DNA from: Azolla caroliniana
Lineage: Eukaryota > Plantae > Polypodiophyta
Assembly: GCA_043228905.1 (NCBI GenBank)
Contig: JBHGNT010000014.1
Location: 10,478,001 to 10,542,000 of the forward strand
Direction of reading: 5' to 3'
DNA: 64,000 bases
Shown here: positions 38,200-51,100 of the stretch, piece by piece
Layout: the number at the start of each line of letters is the position of its first letter
Position numbering within the stretch: the first letter of the stretch is position 1
Made by a program: the position numbers and the translations under genes
Notes under the pieces: generated by a model
Seen by the model: the letters and a program-made list of their open reading frames with translations, nothing else
The model's database searches: none
Told to the model about the DNA's origin: nothing

Positions 38200-40500
38200 C
38201 TCTTCGTCCAAACTATCCAGAATGCTTTGCTCCAGAATTTCCAATGGCTCGTCGGGAATCTGTTGTTGATGTTGTGGCTGTTGTTCCGTTTGTGGCTGCT
38301 GTGGTGGCTGCTCCATTTGTCCTTCTACGTTTGAGGCTGCTGCTCCGTTTGTCGCTCTGGCACCGGCGTTTCCTTCATTGTTTCCTCCGTCGGAGTTGTC
38401 GCTGGCTGACTAACCCCGGCCTGGTCCCCGTCTGGTCCTTGTACCGGCAACGGTTCCTCATCACTATGGTTGACCATTCCCGGCTTTCTTGCTTTTTCTT
38501 CCCGGAGCCAGGACTGCTCATAGCTCTCAAATTGGATTTGAGCCTCCAGCCGATCGTCATCCAGTTGAGCTAAGAGTTGCCAGACCTGCACCAATTGTTC
38601 ATCCGCCAGGGCTGTGAAATCTTCGGCCAGCTCATCCCTTATGGTGGTGAAGTCCTCCGATGTCAGCGTATAACAATTGTCACCTTCCTTCCGCCGGTTT
38701 TCCACGTCCACCCTGAGCAATTGGAGTTCCGCCATATTCTGCTCCCATTTCGTCCACCATTGCACAGAGCTCTCGTCAATCAAGTGTTTGGTCTTGGTGA
38801 GCCATGCCCGGAGGATGCACTGGATCCGTTCGGTTCCCATCCGTGATTTGTTCTCTGGGGATTGTTGCTCCTCTTTCATTTGCTTGATGATTCTGACCGT
38901 GTCCGCCTCCTGCTCCCTATAATGCAACAATTGACTTTGATAGGTTGTTTGCAACCTCTGTAACATCATTGTCGCTCTTTCCTTTTCTTCATGGTTCTGC
39001 TTGTGGAGCTCCATCCGGTCCATTACCGCTTCCTCCAATAGCTTTGAATTCTCAGCTCATTCGTAGGCGAGTGCCGTTGTGGCCCTATCAACTTCTTGCC
39101 GGAGCTCGGCCATCCTTTCCTGTTGTTGCTTATACTCCGCGTCCAGCTGCTTGTAGTCCCGGTGCAAATGATCAAAACCATCGGTCTTCTGCTTCAACCT
39201 CTCGTTGATCTACCGGCGCGCGCGGTCCTCCTGGTCCTTCTGTTGACGGAGTTCTTCCTTCAACCTTTCGATTTCCGTCTCGCCATCCGTCGCAGCTTGT
39301 CTTTCTCCTGTAGCAATTTCTCTTTTTCCTCCTTTAGCCGGTCGTAAGGTTGATGTCCTTTACGCAGGTTTTCCTCTGCCCGGCGGAGGTTCTCAGTAGT
39401 CTTCTTTAATTATTCTTCGGCTGCCTTCTTCAAGTCGCGTTCGCGGCTCCGTAATACTTCTTGTGCGGCAAGTTCGTCTCTTAAATCAGCAAGCTCTTGG
39501 GCTTGCGCAACATCTTTCTCCAGAACAGTTTCTATCTCCGGGGTCTTGTTCGTATGTACATCCACCGGAGTCACCGGTGCTTCGATCTGTGTTGTGGTTA
39601 AGGCCATTTTGGCCATGTCTTCTGTGACCCGATCCAAGTCTTGTTCGAGGCACCAGATCCTTGACCGGGCCGTCTCTAGTTCATCGGTTGTGACTAGCAA
39701 CCGTTCCATCTGCGCTCGTTCTTCCGCCTCTACGTATCCAACTACTCTGGCAATTCGTTCTCCTATCCACCGGAGCCATTGGCTGATGGTGCCCTGTTGT
39801 TGCATTTGCACGACGGGTTGGCTGATGGGTTCACTTGCCGGTGGCTGGTCCCGCCTTTCTGCGTCGAACGGCAATTCCGGCTCTACCTACTGACCACTTT
39901 GCCGTTCAGGTTCCGGTTGTGTTTTGGCTGGCCGCACTTGTTCTACTTGTTCTTGGTCGGCTAAGGAGGTTAGCATTTGTATAACCGGCTCTTGAGTTAC
40001 GGGGCTTGCCGGTGCTGCTTTTTGTGCAAGGACTTCTATGACCGGTTCCATCCGCACCGGTTCCGGTGCCTCCGTTGGCATGGGATTCTCATTGTGGGTT
40101 GCAGGCGTTCCATCCTTCTATGGGTCCGAACGCTTCCCGGCTGATTCTGCGGTCCTCTTCACCGGCCGCCGCTGGAGGTGCTCCGTAGGCGCTTCCTTCG
40201 TTTCCTCCTTTTGAGTCTCGACATTCATTCTTGCCGCCAAGGTGTCCATTTCTTGCTGTACCGGTCGATGGAGTGGGCTCTTCAAGGCCCGTGCCGGTGT
40301 CTCCTCGTGTGTGTCCGTCGGCAGCTTCCGGCTGGCACACTCCTTTGCCGCCTTCTCTGCGTCAGCCGTCTTCCCCTTAGTGGCCTTGGAGGCTAACAGG
40401 TGTTGCCGTTTTGAAGCAGGTTTCGGGGTGCCGTCCGTTGCTCTTCCCCGTTTCTTGGTCTGGACGGGCTCGACAGGTGGCGCCAATAGGGTGAGCCATT
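38200..40500 (-). pseudogene. Extra coiled-coil ORF, homologue of 4153-6770
   Basis: RDELAEDFTALADEQLVQVWQLLAQLDDDRLE vs KDELADDFVALADEHIVVVRQLVTQLDDDRLD. Confidence 0.75.
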
Positions 40501-40503
40501 GTG

Positions 40504-42150
40504 TCACCGCATGCCATATTTTCCGGCCTTCTTTGCCTTACCTCTTACGGTATCACGTGGGTGGCTCCCTTTTTTGAAATGCCGTTTTTTATTGAAGTTC
40601 TTTTTGTTGCGGTACCCTTGATGGGGTTGGTCGTCATATCTCCTGTAATCTTCCCGTCGTTGGTGATACCTGGGGGAGTGATCCCGGTTGTAATGCTCGT
40701 ACCGTCCATTGTAATCTCGATACCTGTCATATCTGTCGCACCGGTCATAGTTGTCTCGTTGATCGCCGTACCGGACATCCTGTGCCACTCGATATCGCTC
40801 CTCTCGCCGCCAACGTTTGTCTTCTTCGTCACGGCTGCTACGTGGCTCGATTTGCCGGACTGGAGGTGCTTGCCGATTCAATAAGTTATATTCGCACCGG
40901 TCCATCGTATGGCTCGTAGACTGGTAAAGTAAGTAGTGCGTCCGCATGGTGCACTCCAGTGCCGAGTGTCCGAAATTCAAGCAAGTCGTGCATTGGATTG
41001 CTTGCCGGAACCGGAGATCCTCATCTGTTGGTAACACTCGTTGGAGGGCTCCCATTGTTAGCCAAGAGCTCGTTTTCTCCATTTCTCTAACCTGGTCGAT
41101 GACCTGATCGACGGTGCTTGTGCAAAAGCCGATGACTGTGCATACCGTTCATAGAGGTTCCTGGAGCGCGGCTAAGAATATAGCCCGTGTTTCTTCCTCC
41201 GGAGGTGTTTGGGTAAGCTGACTGTGCATCCGTTGAAACCGGATGACAAACTGCGAAATGCTCTCCCCAGGGTCCTGCCGGATGGTATAAAATAGGCCCA
41301 CCATTTCTCTCTAGTCCACCTCCTTCTGAAAGAAGTGCAAGAATTTATCTTTCAGGTCCGCAAAGGTGGTGATGGTGCTGGGGTCCTGCGTCCGATGCCA
41401 TCTGGCGGCCGGTCCTTCCAATGTCACGCCGAATTCGGCTATCTTAGATCGTTCCTCTTCGGCCGCAGTTAACCGTTTTGACACATGGTTCGCCTCCCAT
41501 GTTTGTTGAAACGCGTGAACATGAGCCTCCGTGTCCGGGTCATCTCTATACTTGGAGTACTGGAACGGCATGTCGTCGTCCGGTGTCGGTACGCGGGCTG
41601 GTGGTGTCGATGGTCTTTCCTGTTGTTCCGTCGGCGTCGGAGGTCTTTGCCGGTCTTCCTTTGATGTGGCCAGCTCGACTTCCGGTGTTGGAGGTCTTTC
41701 TTTGTCTTCTTCCGTGTCCGGAGGTTGCTCCACGTCTAGTGCCGGTGGTTCTTGGTTTGACAACTCTTGTTCCGGTGTCGGTAATGTATTCGACTCCTCG
41801 TCCTCCAGTTCTCCTGGGGTGTCGTTACTACTGCGATAGTTCGTGTGCGCGCTCTAACCCCCTTCCGAATCCGATTCTAGTGCTGAAAATGCTTCGGATT
41901 CGCCGTCTCTTCTGGCCAAGGCCTAGAGAAGGGATTCCGCTTCCCGGAGACTGCTTAAGCTGCTTCCTTCGTCCGGGTAGGCGTTTTGTTGCAGACGGAG
42001 CGACTCCTCCGCCACTTTCCGGATCACTTTGGAAAATGATCGATCTGATCGGATTTCTGCCGTTGCTTGCTGGAAAGAATCTCGCCGCCTTCGCTGTTCA
42101 GCAAGTCTTCGTGCTCTCTCCGTAACCGGGTCGTTTGTTGGCCTAGTCAT
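40504..42150 (-). pseudogene. gag: Gypsy gag (retrotransposon gag domain plus zinc knuckles), broken
   Basis: FGVTLEGPAARW...FADLKDKFL; CTTCLNFGHSALEC; R/D/Y-rich tail. Confidence 0.8.
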
Positions 42151-44694
42151 CCATTCCCGTCGTTGTTCACTGCGATTGTGCAGGAATCATGGTCGCCAAA
42201 AACTGTGTTAATCCTAGGGCCGGACAATAGCCTAACACAGGGTGTCCACTTAAGACACTTCACCAAAGGGTGTTACAGCCAGATGACTTACGACACAACG
42301 CTTAATTAGACCTTAATTGGTTACTTAGCAATACCTCATTAACACGCGTAAGATATAACAATGAGTACAGAACGGTAATCAATACTGAAAGGTTAAGGCA
42401 ATAAGTTCTATTAATTATCCGTTGTCCATTACATTGTAACCGGGCCTTTATATAGGTCTCCGGTGCGAAGTACAAAACGGTGCCAACCGGCACCTATTCG
42501 GAATCGGTCCGGATCCGGATCGGCATACCGATTCCGGTCTGTCCGTCCATATTAATAAAATAATTATAACAGTTCCCGAATAAACTATTCCTTTCACACT
42601 CTGGTCTGGACATCCTTAAGCCTTCTTTGCCGGCCGGGTAACAGTCAACAATGGTCCAGTTTTCGAGGAAGCCAGTTTGCGTTGTATGTATTATGTCCCC
42701 TAGGACCGTTGTCAATCGACTACTTACAACTTTAGCCATGATCTTAAAGGCATTAGTGAGAATCGTCAAAGGTCGCCAATTATCAAGCATAGTTAGATCT
42801 TTCCCATCCTTGAGAATTAAATAAAGCATTCCTCGACACATTGTCAGAGGCATTAAACCTTCAGCCATAATGTATTGCATCCCTTCCAACATGTCATCCT
42901 TAATTAGATCCCAACATTTGATGTAAAAATATATAGGGAGTCCATCAATGCCTGCATAGCTTTGTTTGTTCATATCTGAAATTGCATTCCACAATTCTTG
43001 TATACAAATAGGGGTATTTAGACAGTCCATCATCTGAGCTAAAACTCTCTTCGGTATCCTATTTATTATATTTCTAAAGGCATCTAGCTCAATATGTTCC
43101 TCATTGCATACATTCAGTAGTTGCATATAATAGCTCGTGGCCATTTCAAGCATTTCCTCCGCGCACGTGGTCATTGTGCCATCTGTCTTTTTCAAACATG
43201 AAGGTTGGGTCCCGGAGCCTTTGCATTTTACAGCTCCAAAAAACTTTCGTAAGACAGTCTCCTACCCTCATCCAATTTACTGCTTTACTACGATAGGCAT
43301 TAGTAGTCCTTAGCTTCTGATACATATCTAGTTTGCATTTTGCCTCCTCTAGTTGGGCCTCAATCCATACATTATTCGGGTATTGTTCTCTTAAAAGCGA
43401 GTGTCCATTGCATTTTCTGTAGTTTCTCCTTCATCTCCTTTCTAATTTCAGTTGCTTTCTTCTTAAAGAAACATGCACATTGCTCAATTTTCCCAACCAG
43501 CTCATGAGCGGGATCATGATACATCAATTTGACATTAGACCATAGTCTTCTTATATCATTAGTCCATTTATTGTCCATGACCAACTCCTTGCTCACCTTC
43601 ACATTATGTGGATTGCATCGAATGTTTTCTTTTATATGTAACAGGACAGATGCACGGTGTGAGAACATCGTTCCAGAACAAATTATGCATTTGCCTTTCA
43701 TATTTATGAGCCGAGGGTCCAAATACCATTTGTCCAACCTGGATATTGTTCTCCCATGAACGCTTCCTTCTACTCTAAAGTATAGAAGAGATTTTTCTTT
43801 TTGCATCTGAAAGTTAGATGCATTCCAACAGTCTATCACATTATATGCTAAACAAAACTTATCCCATGCATCTTTTTCCGCCCCTTGCACCATGCCATTT
43901 GCATTTCCGCTTCTATCTTCTTGTTGCTCCACCATCTTAAAATCTCCTCCAATGATCCACAGATCTGCATCCGATTTCTTGTCCAGTAGTTGCAACCAGA
44001 ATTCCTTTCTTTCAGTAGCAAAATTTGGGGCATATATGTTCAGTATGCCCAAGTGCCCATATTTGTGTTTTTATCCTTATATAGACAGCCTACCTGTGAA
44101 TCTTGCATTATACTTAGCTTTCATTGCTATGAGTACTCCCCCATGAATATGTTTGTCCCCTGTAGCTGCCGACCATGTATTGGTCCAACTCCCAAGGTAG
44201 ATGTTTCTAATTTTGTCGATCTTCGTAGGAAATAAAGAGCCCCACAACAGAGAAGAAGCACTCGGAATGGTTGGAACAACAAATGGGTGCTCATGTAGAT
44301 TCAACATATGGTACCGCAATAAGTGTGGAAATGAAAACACAATGGAAAGATGCCATGCTATGGAGCTCGGGCAAGGCGAATGAGCAAGGCATATGCTATA
44401 TAAATGTGAAATTTAGGAAGCTGTCTCAAATGATCACGGAATTCGTGGTATAGCGAACCTAGTAGAAGCTAGAAGACGATAATCTCCAAGATATGATCTT
44501 AGCGAACATAGTAGAAGCTAAAACTGCATTGGTTGGGCCACTAAAGAGGCACGATATATGCTGGAATGAATCTTACCTTGCTAACATGGAATATACAAGG
44601 CAATGGTGGTAGCCAATTCCACATGAAGAAGAATGTATTAGCTGCTTAAATTGAGCAATGCACTGAGGCAATAGTGCTTGATGTTATCATGGTG

Positions 44695-46663
44695 CAAAAT
44701 ACAAGGAACCTTGCACTAGGGAGCTATTTCTTTATTCACAAACTAGACATAGTTATTGTGGAAAAAAAACAAATCTAAAAGTAAGTGAGCTAAATATAGG
44801 ATTATTGATTGTTTTTATCTAGCATCAACAATTCTATATTACCAAGTATCTGAAAAGGTAATGAAAAACTTTATTTTGTGCAAGATTTACATAGTTCAAG
44901 AAGTCATTTCGCTAGAGCATACGGTTGTTAACCATAAGGTCGGAGGTTCAAGCCCTTCCTAGAGAGACATCTCAAGTTTAGATATTAACCCCATGTACTT
45001 GAACCTATAAATATGAACTACATAAAAAAGCACATGAATATATGGTGATTGTTCAATAAGCACATGAATCTATATTGTTTCTTTTATAACCGATGCATGT
45101 TATTAAAGAAAGATCAGAATACGACACAATGGGTTATCGCATGAAATTCATTAGAACTTAGCTAACAAGAATGATGGGTATACCTTGCTCTACATCCTCA
45201 CCAAAAAAATTGAGAAGAGTTAAAAATCGATCTATCTAAATGAGACGACCAATTGAGATCTAAATGGTAAAGAGATACCTAATTTTATACAAAATTTACA
45301 TGCTTCAATAGGTTGTTAAACATTAGGTCGGAGGTTAAACCCCTCCTTGGAGTGACATGTCAAGATTACCTATTAAACCCATGTACTTGAGCCTATGAAT
45401 ATAAACTACATAAAAAAGCACATGAATATATGTTGATTGTTTTATAATGTACGTGTGTCATTAAAGGAAAGATGAGAAAACAAACCACCTTATGTCATGT
45501 ATTTAATTACAAGTGAGCTAACAAGATACATGTATTATAAAAGGAAGACGAGTACACCCTGCTCTCAATCCTCAGCAAAACCATTGCGACAAGTTAAAAA
45601 TTGTAACGATAGAATGGTTCAGGAAAATTGGATTCATGGATAAGGACAACAAGTTCTATTGTAAGATTGAAATACGATGCATATATAATACACTAAAAAA
45701 CACCTCAACCTAAATTAGGGAAAACCATGACTTGGGCTTGCTTTCATTGAGAGTTGAACTCAAGACCTTCCGCTTACGAAATAGGTGCTCAAACGAACTA
45801 AGCTACGAAAGCACCTTCTTAATGTAAACACCAGATATGAAATTCTTAGACATTGCCATTTACAAAAGATAGTTCGACAAATTGAGTTTCATATAATTTG
45901 GTATAGACAATTCGTATTAATGAATTCAAAATACAAGGAACCTTGCACTTGGCAGCTATTTCTTTATTCACAAACTAGACATAGTTATTGTGCAAAAAAA
46001 ACAAATCTAAATGTAAGTGAGCTAAATATAGGATTATTGATTGCTTTTATTTAGCACCATAAATTCTATATTACCGAATATCAGAAAAGGTAATGCAAAA
46101 CTTTATTTTGTGGAAGATTTACGTAGTTCAAGAGCTCATTTCGCTAGAGCGTATGGTTGTTAGCCATAAGGTCGGAGGTTCAAGCCGTCCTTGGAGAGAC
46201 ATCTCAAGTTTAGATATTAACCCCATGTACTTGAACCTATAAATATGAACTACATAAAAAAGCACATGAATATATGTTGTTCTTTTTATAATCAACGCAT
46301 GTTATTAAAGCAAGATGAGAATACAAACCGTGTTATCGCATGGATTTGATTAGAACTTATCTAACAAGAATGACGGATATACCCTCCTCTACATCCTCAC
46401 CAAAAAATTTGAGAGGGGTTAAAAATCGATCGATCTATAGAAGTGTTCGAGCCCACCAAATTGTAACGACACAATAGGTTAGAAGAATTCGATTCACGGA
46501 TAAGGAAAACAAAATCTCTTTTAAGATTGAAATTCAATGTGTATATAATACACTAAAAAAATGCCTCACATTAAATAATTTGGATTTATCAATTATAAGG
46601 CCGAGGGGCCTTGGACCTGATAGCTACTTCTTTATTGAGAAAAAAGAAATAATTTATGCGCGA
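44695..46663 (+). repeat. tRNA-containing macrosatellite, block 3
   Basis: Variant-B copies at 44893 and 46125; D-arm-deleted Asn at 45302; degenerate Thr at 45739-45812. Confidence 0.9.
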
Positions 46664-47029
46664 TGTCATGTGGTTTTTCACACACGATATGAAAACTATG
46701 TAAAAAAATAATGAAAATTTTATTTTAGATTAGATTAGTAGCTTGTTATAGAAATATGGATGTACTCAAGAGTTTCAATACGTATTTTACTACATACAAA
46801 ATAGACAACTACATATCAAGTCAGGTAGACATGAAGCTTGAGAAGATAGGGAAAATAGAATTTTGAAGTATCCCACATAGATAGGAAACTTAAGGCCCTG
46901 GCTATATAAGCACATTGAGATCCCTCATTTTTTCATTTGTGTTAAGAGCACTTTGGCCACTTTGTCTAGATGGATGAATGTGGCCAAGTTCCCAAAAAAA
47001 CTGACTGGCAATAAAATGGAACTGGAACT

Positions 47030-47330
47030 TGTCGGTAAGCAAACCGGCACTTGCTGGTAATCAAAATGGAACCGGCCGGTAATCAAACCGAGACCCGTAA
47101 GTAAGCAAACCAAAAAGCAAACCGGAATCGGCTAGTAAGCAAACCGGAATAGGCCGATAAGCAATCCGGAACCGGTAGATAAGCAAACCAGAACCGGCCG
47201 GTAAGCAAACCAGAATTGATCGGTAAGCAAACGGGAACCGGTCGGTAAGCAATTCGGAACCAGCCGGTAAGCAAATTGGAACTAGCTGGTAAGCAATACG
47301 GAACCGGCTGGTAAGCAAATCGGAACCGGA
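47030..47330 (+). repeat. ~22-bp minisatellite in LTR1 (consensus GGTAAGCAAACCGGAACCGGCC)
   Basis: About 13 degenerate head-to-tail copies. Confidence 0.85.
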
Positions 47331-48098
47331 GAAATCGGCAATCGGATGGTGTCGGAAATCAAGCGGAACCTGCGACCGGACGAGGTTGGACGCGGACCGA
47401 ACTGATTGGATGGGCAGCAATCGAGACGAACGGATTATAGGATCATGTGGCTAATTAAAGTAAACTAAAGTAAAGTAAAGTAAAGGTCATGTGGACAGCT
47501 GCATGCAACCAAAAGAAAAAGTCATGCAACTAAAAATGGATGCAACTAAAAGTGGACATGCAAAGTAACATTGAAGGCAATGATCAACGGAGAACTCTAT
47601 ATAAAATTCCATTTTTTTCCTACCCTCATGCTCTCTCCATATTTTTATTTTCTTTTCCTTCTTAGCTCTCTTATCTTATCGAGGCCATAACACTAAAAAC
47701 CCTAAATTTCCCTACGGAAGCTATAAGACTCAAAAACCCTAATTTTCCCTACGGAAACCATATCTCTCGTATAACCTAATTCTAATTTTCCCTATGGAAG
47801 CTATAAGACTCAAAAACCCTAATTTCTTATCGAAGCTCAAAACCCTAAAATTTCTATTGAATCCATATTTGGTTTCTTCTAATCTATTATTCTAGTGATC
47901 TCCATAAGCTAAAACTTTTGTAATCCCAATCTTGGGATTGATTGTAATCTTTCTTTTCCTTTGTTAATGAAATTTGTCAATCTTTCTTATTTCGATTAAT
48001 TCTTAGTACATAAACACACGAATCTGATCTTCTCTGGTCGGAGGCCCCGGGGTCTTGCCTCAAGTTCACGTATCCTCGTCGTATTTTCGCGACATCTT

Positions 48099-48116
48099 TG
48101 GTGAACCCGACGTGAA
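48099..48116 (+). promoter_or_regulatory. Primer binding site complementary to the tRNA-Trp 3' end (second copy 49327-49344)
   Basis: Reverse complement TTCACGTCGGGTTCACCA matches the 3' end of plant cytosolic tRNA-Trp as I recall it. Confidence 0.78.
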
Positions 48117-51100
48117 AGAGCGGTAGGGGAGGACAAAGACGGACGAAGAAGATTTCATGGAGATGATGTGAAAGACGATGGTGGATTCACACGGACAAGG
48201 CGCAATGAAGGAAAAGAAAAGAAAAGGTGACAACCTTTTGCCCCACCACATCTATTTTTTGGCACATGCCGGAGGATGTGCGGTTTGGTGGGGGTGGATG
48301 TCGTGGTGTGGAGTGTGTAGTGTGAGAAAAAGTGAAGCTTCACGCACATCTCATAAATTAATATACGAATGAAAATATAATAATAAATATAAAGTTGTAG
48401 TAGCTTAGTGGTTAGGGATTATAAGTATACATGGGGAGGTGTAGAATTCGAGTCTCTCTTGTGATGAATTAAAGAGTATTTTGCTCCCGTTCCATTTTTG
48501 TGGTAAAGGGAAAAAAAGAGCATGTAATGTTAAAATAGGCGCCTCTTTCCTCTATAAGAGGGGAGGAATAGGGCTTACCATGGGGTCGCCCATTTTGCCT
48601 TAGGGGTGTACCACTAGGGTTTCATCATCTTCTTATCTTCTTCTTGGGTCAGGGTTTCGTAACCTCCCTTTCTCCTTATCCCTTTTTCCTTCTTCATTTT
48701 CTTGTAGGGTTAGGGTTTTAGAGCTTCTTCTTTCTACTTTTCTATCTTTCTCCTCAACATAACCCGAGGTTTAGGGTTTTATGTTCCTTATGAGCGTGTA
48801 GGGTTCATCTTTCTTATGAGTTTTAGGGTTGTGAATTTTGCATCCATTTGTGAGCTAGGGTTTGGGTTTGAGTTCCTTATACAATGACTTATTCAACATC
48901 TCCATGGTAGTAAACTTGGTGGCCGGTTGCGGAAGAGAGGTTGTAGTGGCACGAGAGCTAATCCGAATCGTGGCAACATAGCCGTCGGAAGTAGTCGAGC
49001 TCGGAGCCCACTAGAGTCGCCTTCATCAGATTATTTTCAGCCCCTTGTGTGTTGATTAGCCGTTTTTGAATAAGATGAAACTATTTCTATGTAAAAGAAT
49101 CACCTAAATCATGGTATCTAACTGAACCGTTGTACAAACCCTAATTTTTACAACATAACTCTTGTGTATTGTTGTCTACATTTCTCCCTAACCTCATGTG
49201 TATTCTCCTTAAACATTTGCTAATCGTGGTGGCGAATTTCCCACTATCCTCACTTCTTTTGTCTCCCCAGTCCAAGGCCGTGGCGGTCCCATTCGAGCGA
49301 CACACGCATGCGAAACTTCGCGACATTGGTGAACCCGACGTGAAACGAGGCAGCAGGAGGATATCTCATGGAGGCATATAGATACAAAGAGCCGAAGAGA
49401 TGCAAACTATACGAGTTCGACCAATGGGTATCATCATTAAAGACCCACCAAAGTGCCATGCATGCTTTCATTGAGTTCGAGTGTTGCTTTGCACAACTCT
49501 CGAAGCGGGATCAAAGATTGGTTGGGGTGGGAAAAGTCCTAATGTTTGTGAAGTCAATCGATCGGAAGGAAAGGAAGGCCATTGAAGTTTGACTTGAGGA
49601 TGATGATGGTGCAAATGGCCTCACCGAGGATTGGACGAAAGTGGAAAGAGTATGTCAACTGCACGATAAGAGGAAGACAAGATTCTCATCAGCAAAAACA
49701 CAACCCATGACGGATGGTGAAAGGAGGACGGGAAGCAACTACAAACTACCACCTAAAGAAGAGAGCTTGAAGAGGGAAGATTAGATACTCAATATAGAAG
49801 CCTTAATTAGAGAAGCATTAGAGAACTTAAAGGTGCAAGATGATGCTGAAGAGAAGCTTCAAAAGGAGCCAAAATTGAAGCAAATGGTAATTGAGGAAGC
49901 AGAGGCCTCCCAACAAATGTTGATTAATGTTACGCTCGATACAAAGGCCCACGTTCGGTACAACAGCACCACGGGAGAAAGTGTGGAACAAGACGCCTTC
50001 TCGTCTTGCAAAGAAACAAAGATGAAGAATGAAACAAATGAATTAAGGATGGCGAATGCTACTTCAAGGGAAGACAAATGTTTCAGAACACACATCGTGT
50101 CTGAAACATCAAGTGATGAAGGTGCTAGCATGAGCAAAGCTTCCATAATCGAGGGAGATAAAAAGTGTGAGGCCGACATGATTCAGGAAATAGCCACGAA
50201 AAATGACATCGAGTCAGAGATGGCTATGAACGAGTCAATGGTGGATTGCCATGTCGAAACTTTCTCCACACTCGTTTGGGAGACTTGGGCAGATGCGTCC
50301 GAAAGCAAACGTGAGACCCAAGAGACGGAAGGTGGTGACGAGGAAGTGAAGGCCGAACCATAGGTCCGAGGTTCAACCGCTCCTTGGAACGACATGTCAA
50401 GATTACCTATTAAACCCCTGTACTTGAGCTTATGAATATGAACTATATAAATAAGCACATGAATATATTATGATTGTTTTATAACCTATGTATGTCGTTA
50501 AAGCAATGATGAGAATACAAAACACGTTATGTCAGGTATTTAATTACAAGTGAGCTAAGAAGATACATGTATTAAAAAAGGAAGACAAACTTGTATACCC
50601 TGCTCTGAATCCTCAGTCATACCATTGCGAGATGTTAAAAATGGTAACGATAGAATGGTTTAGGAATATTGGATTCATGGATAAGGACAACAAGTTCTAT
50701 TTTAAGATTGAAATATGATGCATATATAATACACTAAAAAAACGCCTCAACCTAAATGAGGGAAAATCATGACTTGGGCTTGCTTTCATTGAGAGTTCAA
50801 CTCAAGACCTCTAGCTTAGGAAACAAGTGCTCTAACCAACTAAGTTACAAAAGCACCTTATTAATATAACACCACTTAGAAAATTCTTCAACATTCCCAT
50901 TTACAAAAGATAGTCCAACAAATTGAGTTTCAAATCATTTGGAATAGACAATTCGTATTAAAAAATTCAAAATACAAGGAACCTTGCACTAGGGAGCTAT
51001 TTCTTTATTCACAAACTAGACATAGTTATTGTGGAAAAAAAACAAATCTCAAAGTAAGTGAGCTAAATATAGGATTATTGATTGCTTTTATCTAGCATCA

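Larger units (their letters stand above)
38071..42643 (-). mobile_element. Non-autonomous Gypsy derivative: 5' LTR 42643-42206, PBS, gag, extra coiled-coil ORF, no pol, partial 3' LTR 38142-38071
   Basis: 38071-38142 matches 42572-42643; LTR TGTTACCC...ATTAACA; PBS TGGCGACCATG at 42198-42188 (Arg-type, from memory). Confidence 0.88.
34945..44694 (-). mobile_element. L1/Tx1-type LINE (5'-truncated ORF2, decayed) inserted in the satellite and itself interrupted by a Gypsy derivative
   Basis: 18-bp TSD CAAAATACAAGGAACCTT (34927-34944, 44695-44712); A-rich tail; EN (LNIYAPN, IGGDF, SRLD), RT (WRPLTIL, LDFEKAYDR, QGCPLAP, YVDDT, RYLG, GGVGL) and zf-RVT-like CSACGQLES...WEC. Confidence 0.92.
46664..50356 (+). 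mobile_element. Trp-primed Gypsy composite: LTR1 46664-48094, PBS, ~200 bp, PPT, LTR2 48299-49325, PBS, gag remnant; 3' truncated
   Basis: TGTCATG...CGCGACA and TGTCGTG...CGCGACA; PBS TGGTGAACCCGACGTGAA at 48099 and 49327; GGTGGGGGTGGA before 48299; gag-like remnant from 49368. Confidence 0.8.

Noticed and set aside
47030-47330. CRISPR-like array
   Set aside because: Head-to-tail ~22-bp minisatellite with no unique spacers and no cas genes, inside a plant LTR.
47695-48870. Scattered AAACCCTA/TAGGGTTT motifs as telomere remnants
   Set aside because: Isolated telo-box-like motifs inside LTR sub-repeats; common in plant LTRs and not arrayed.
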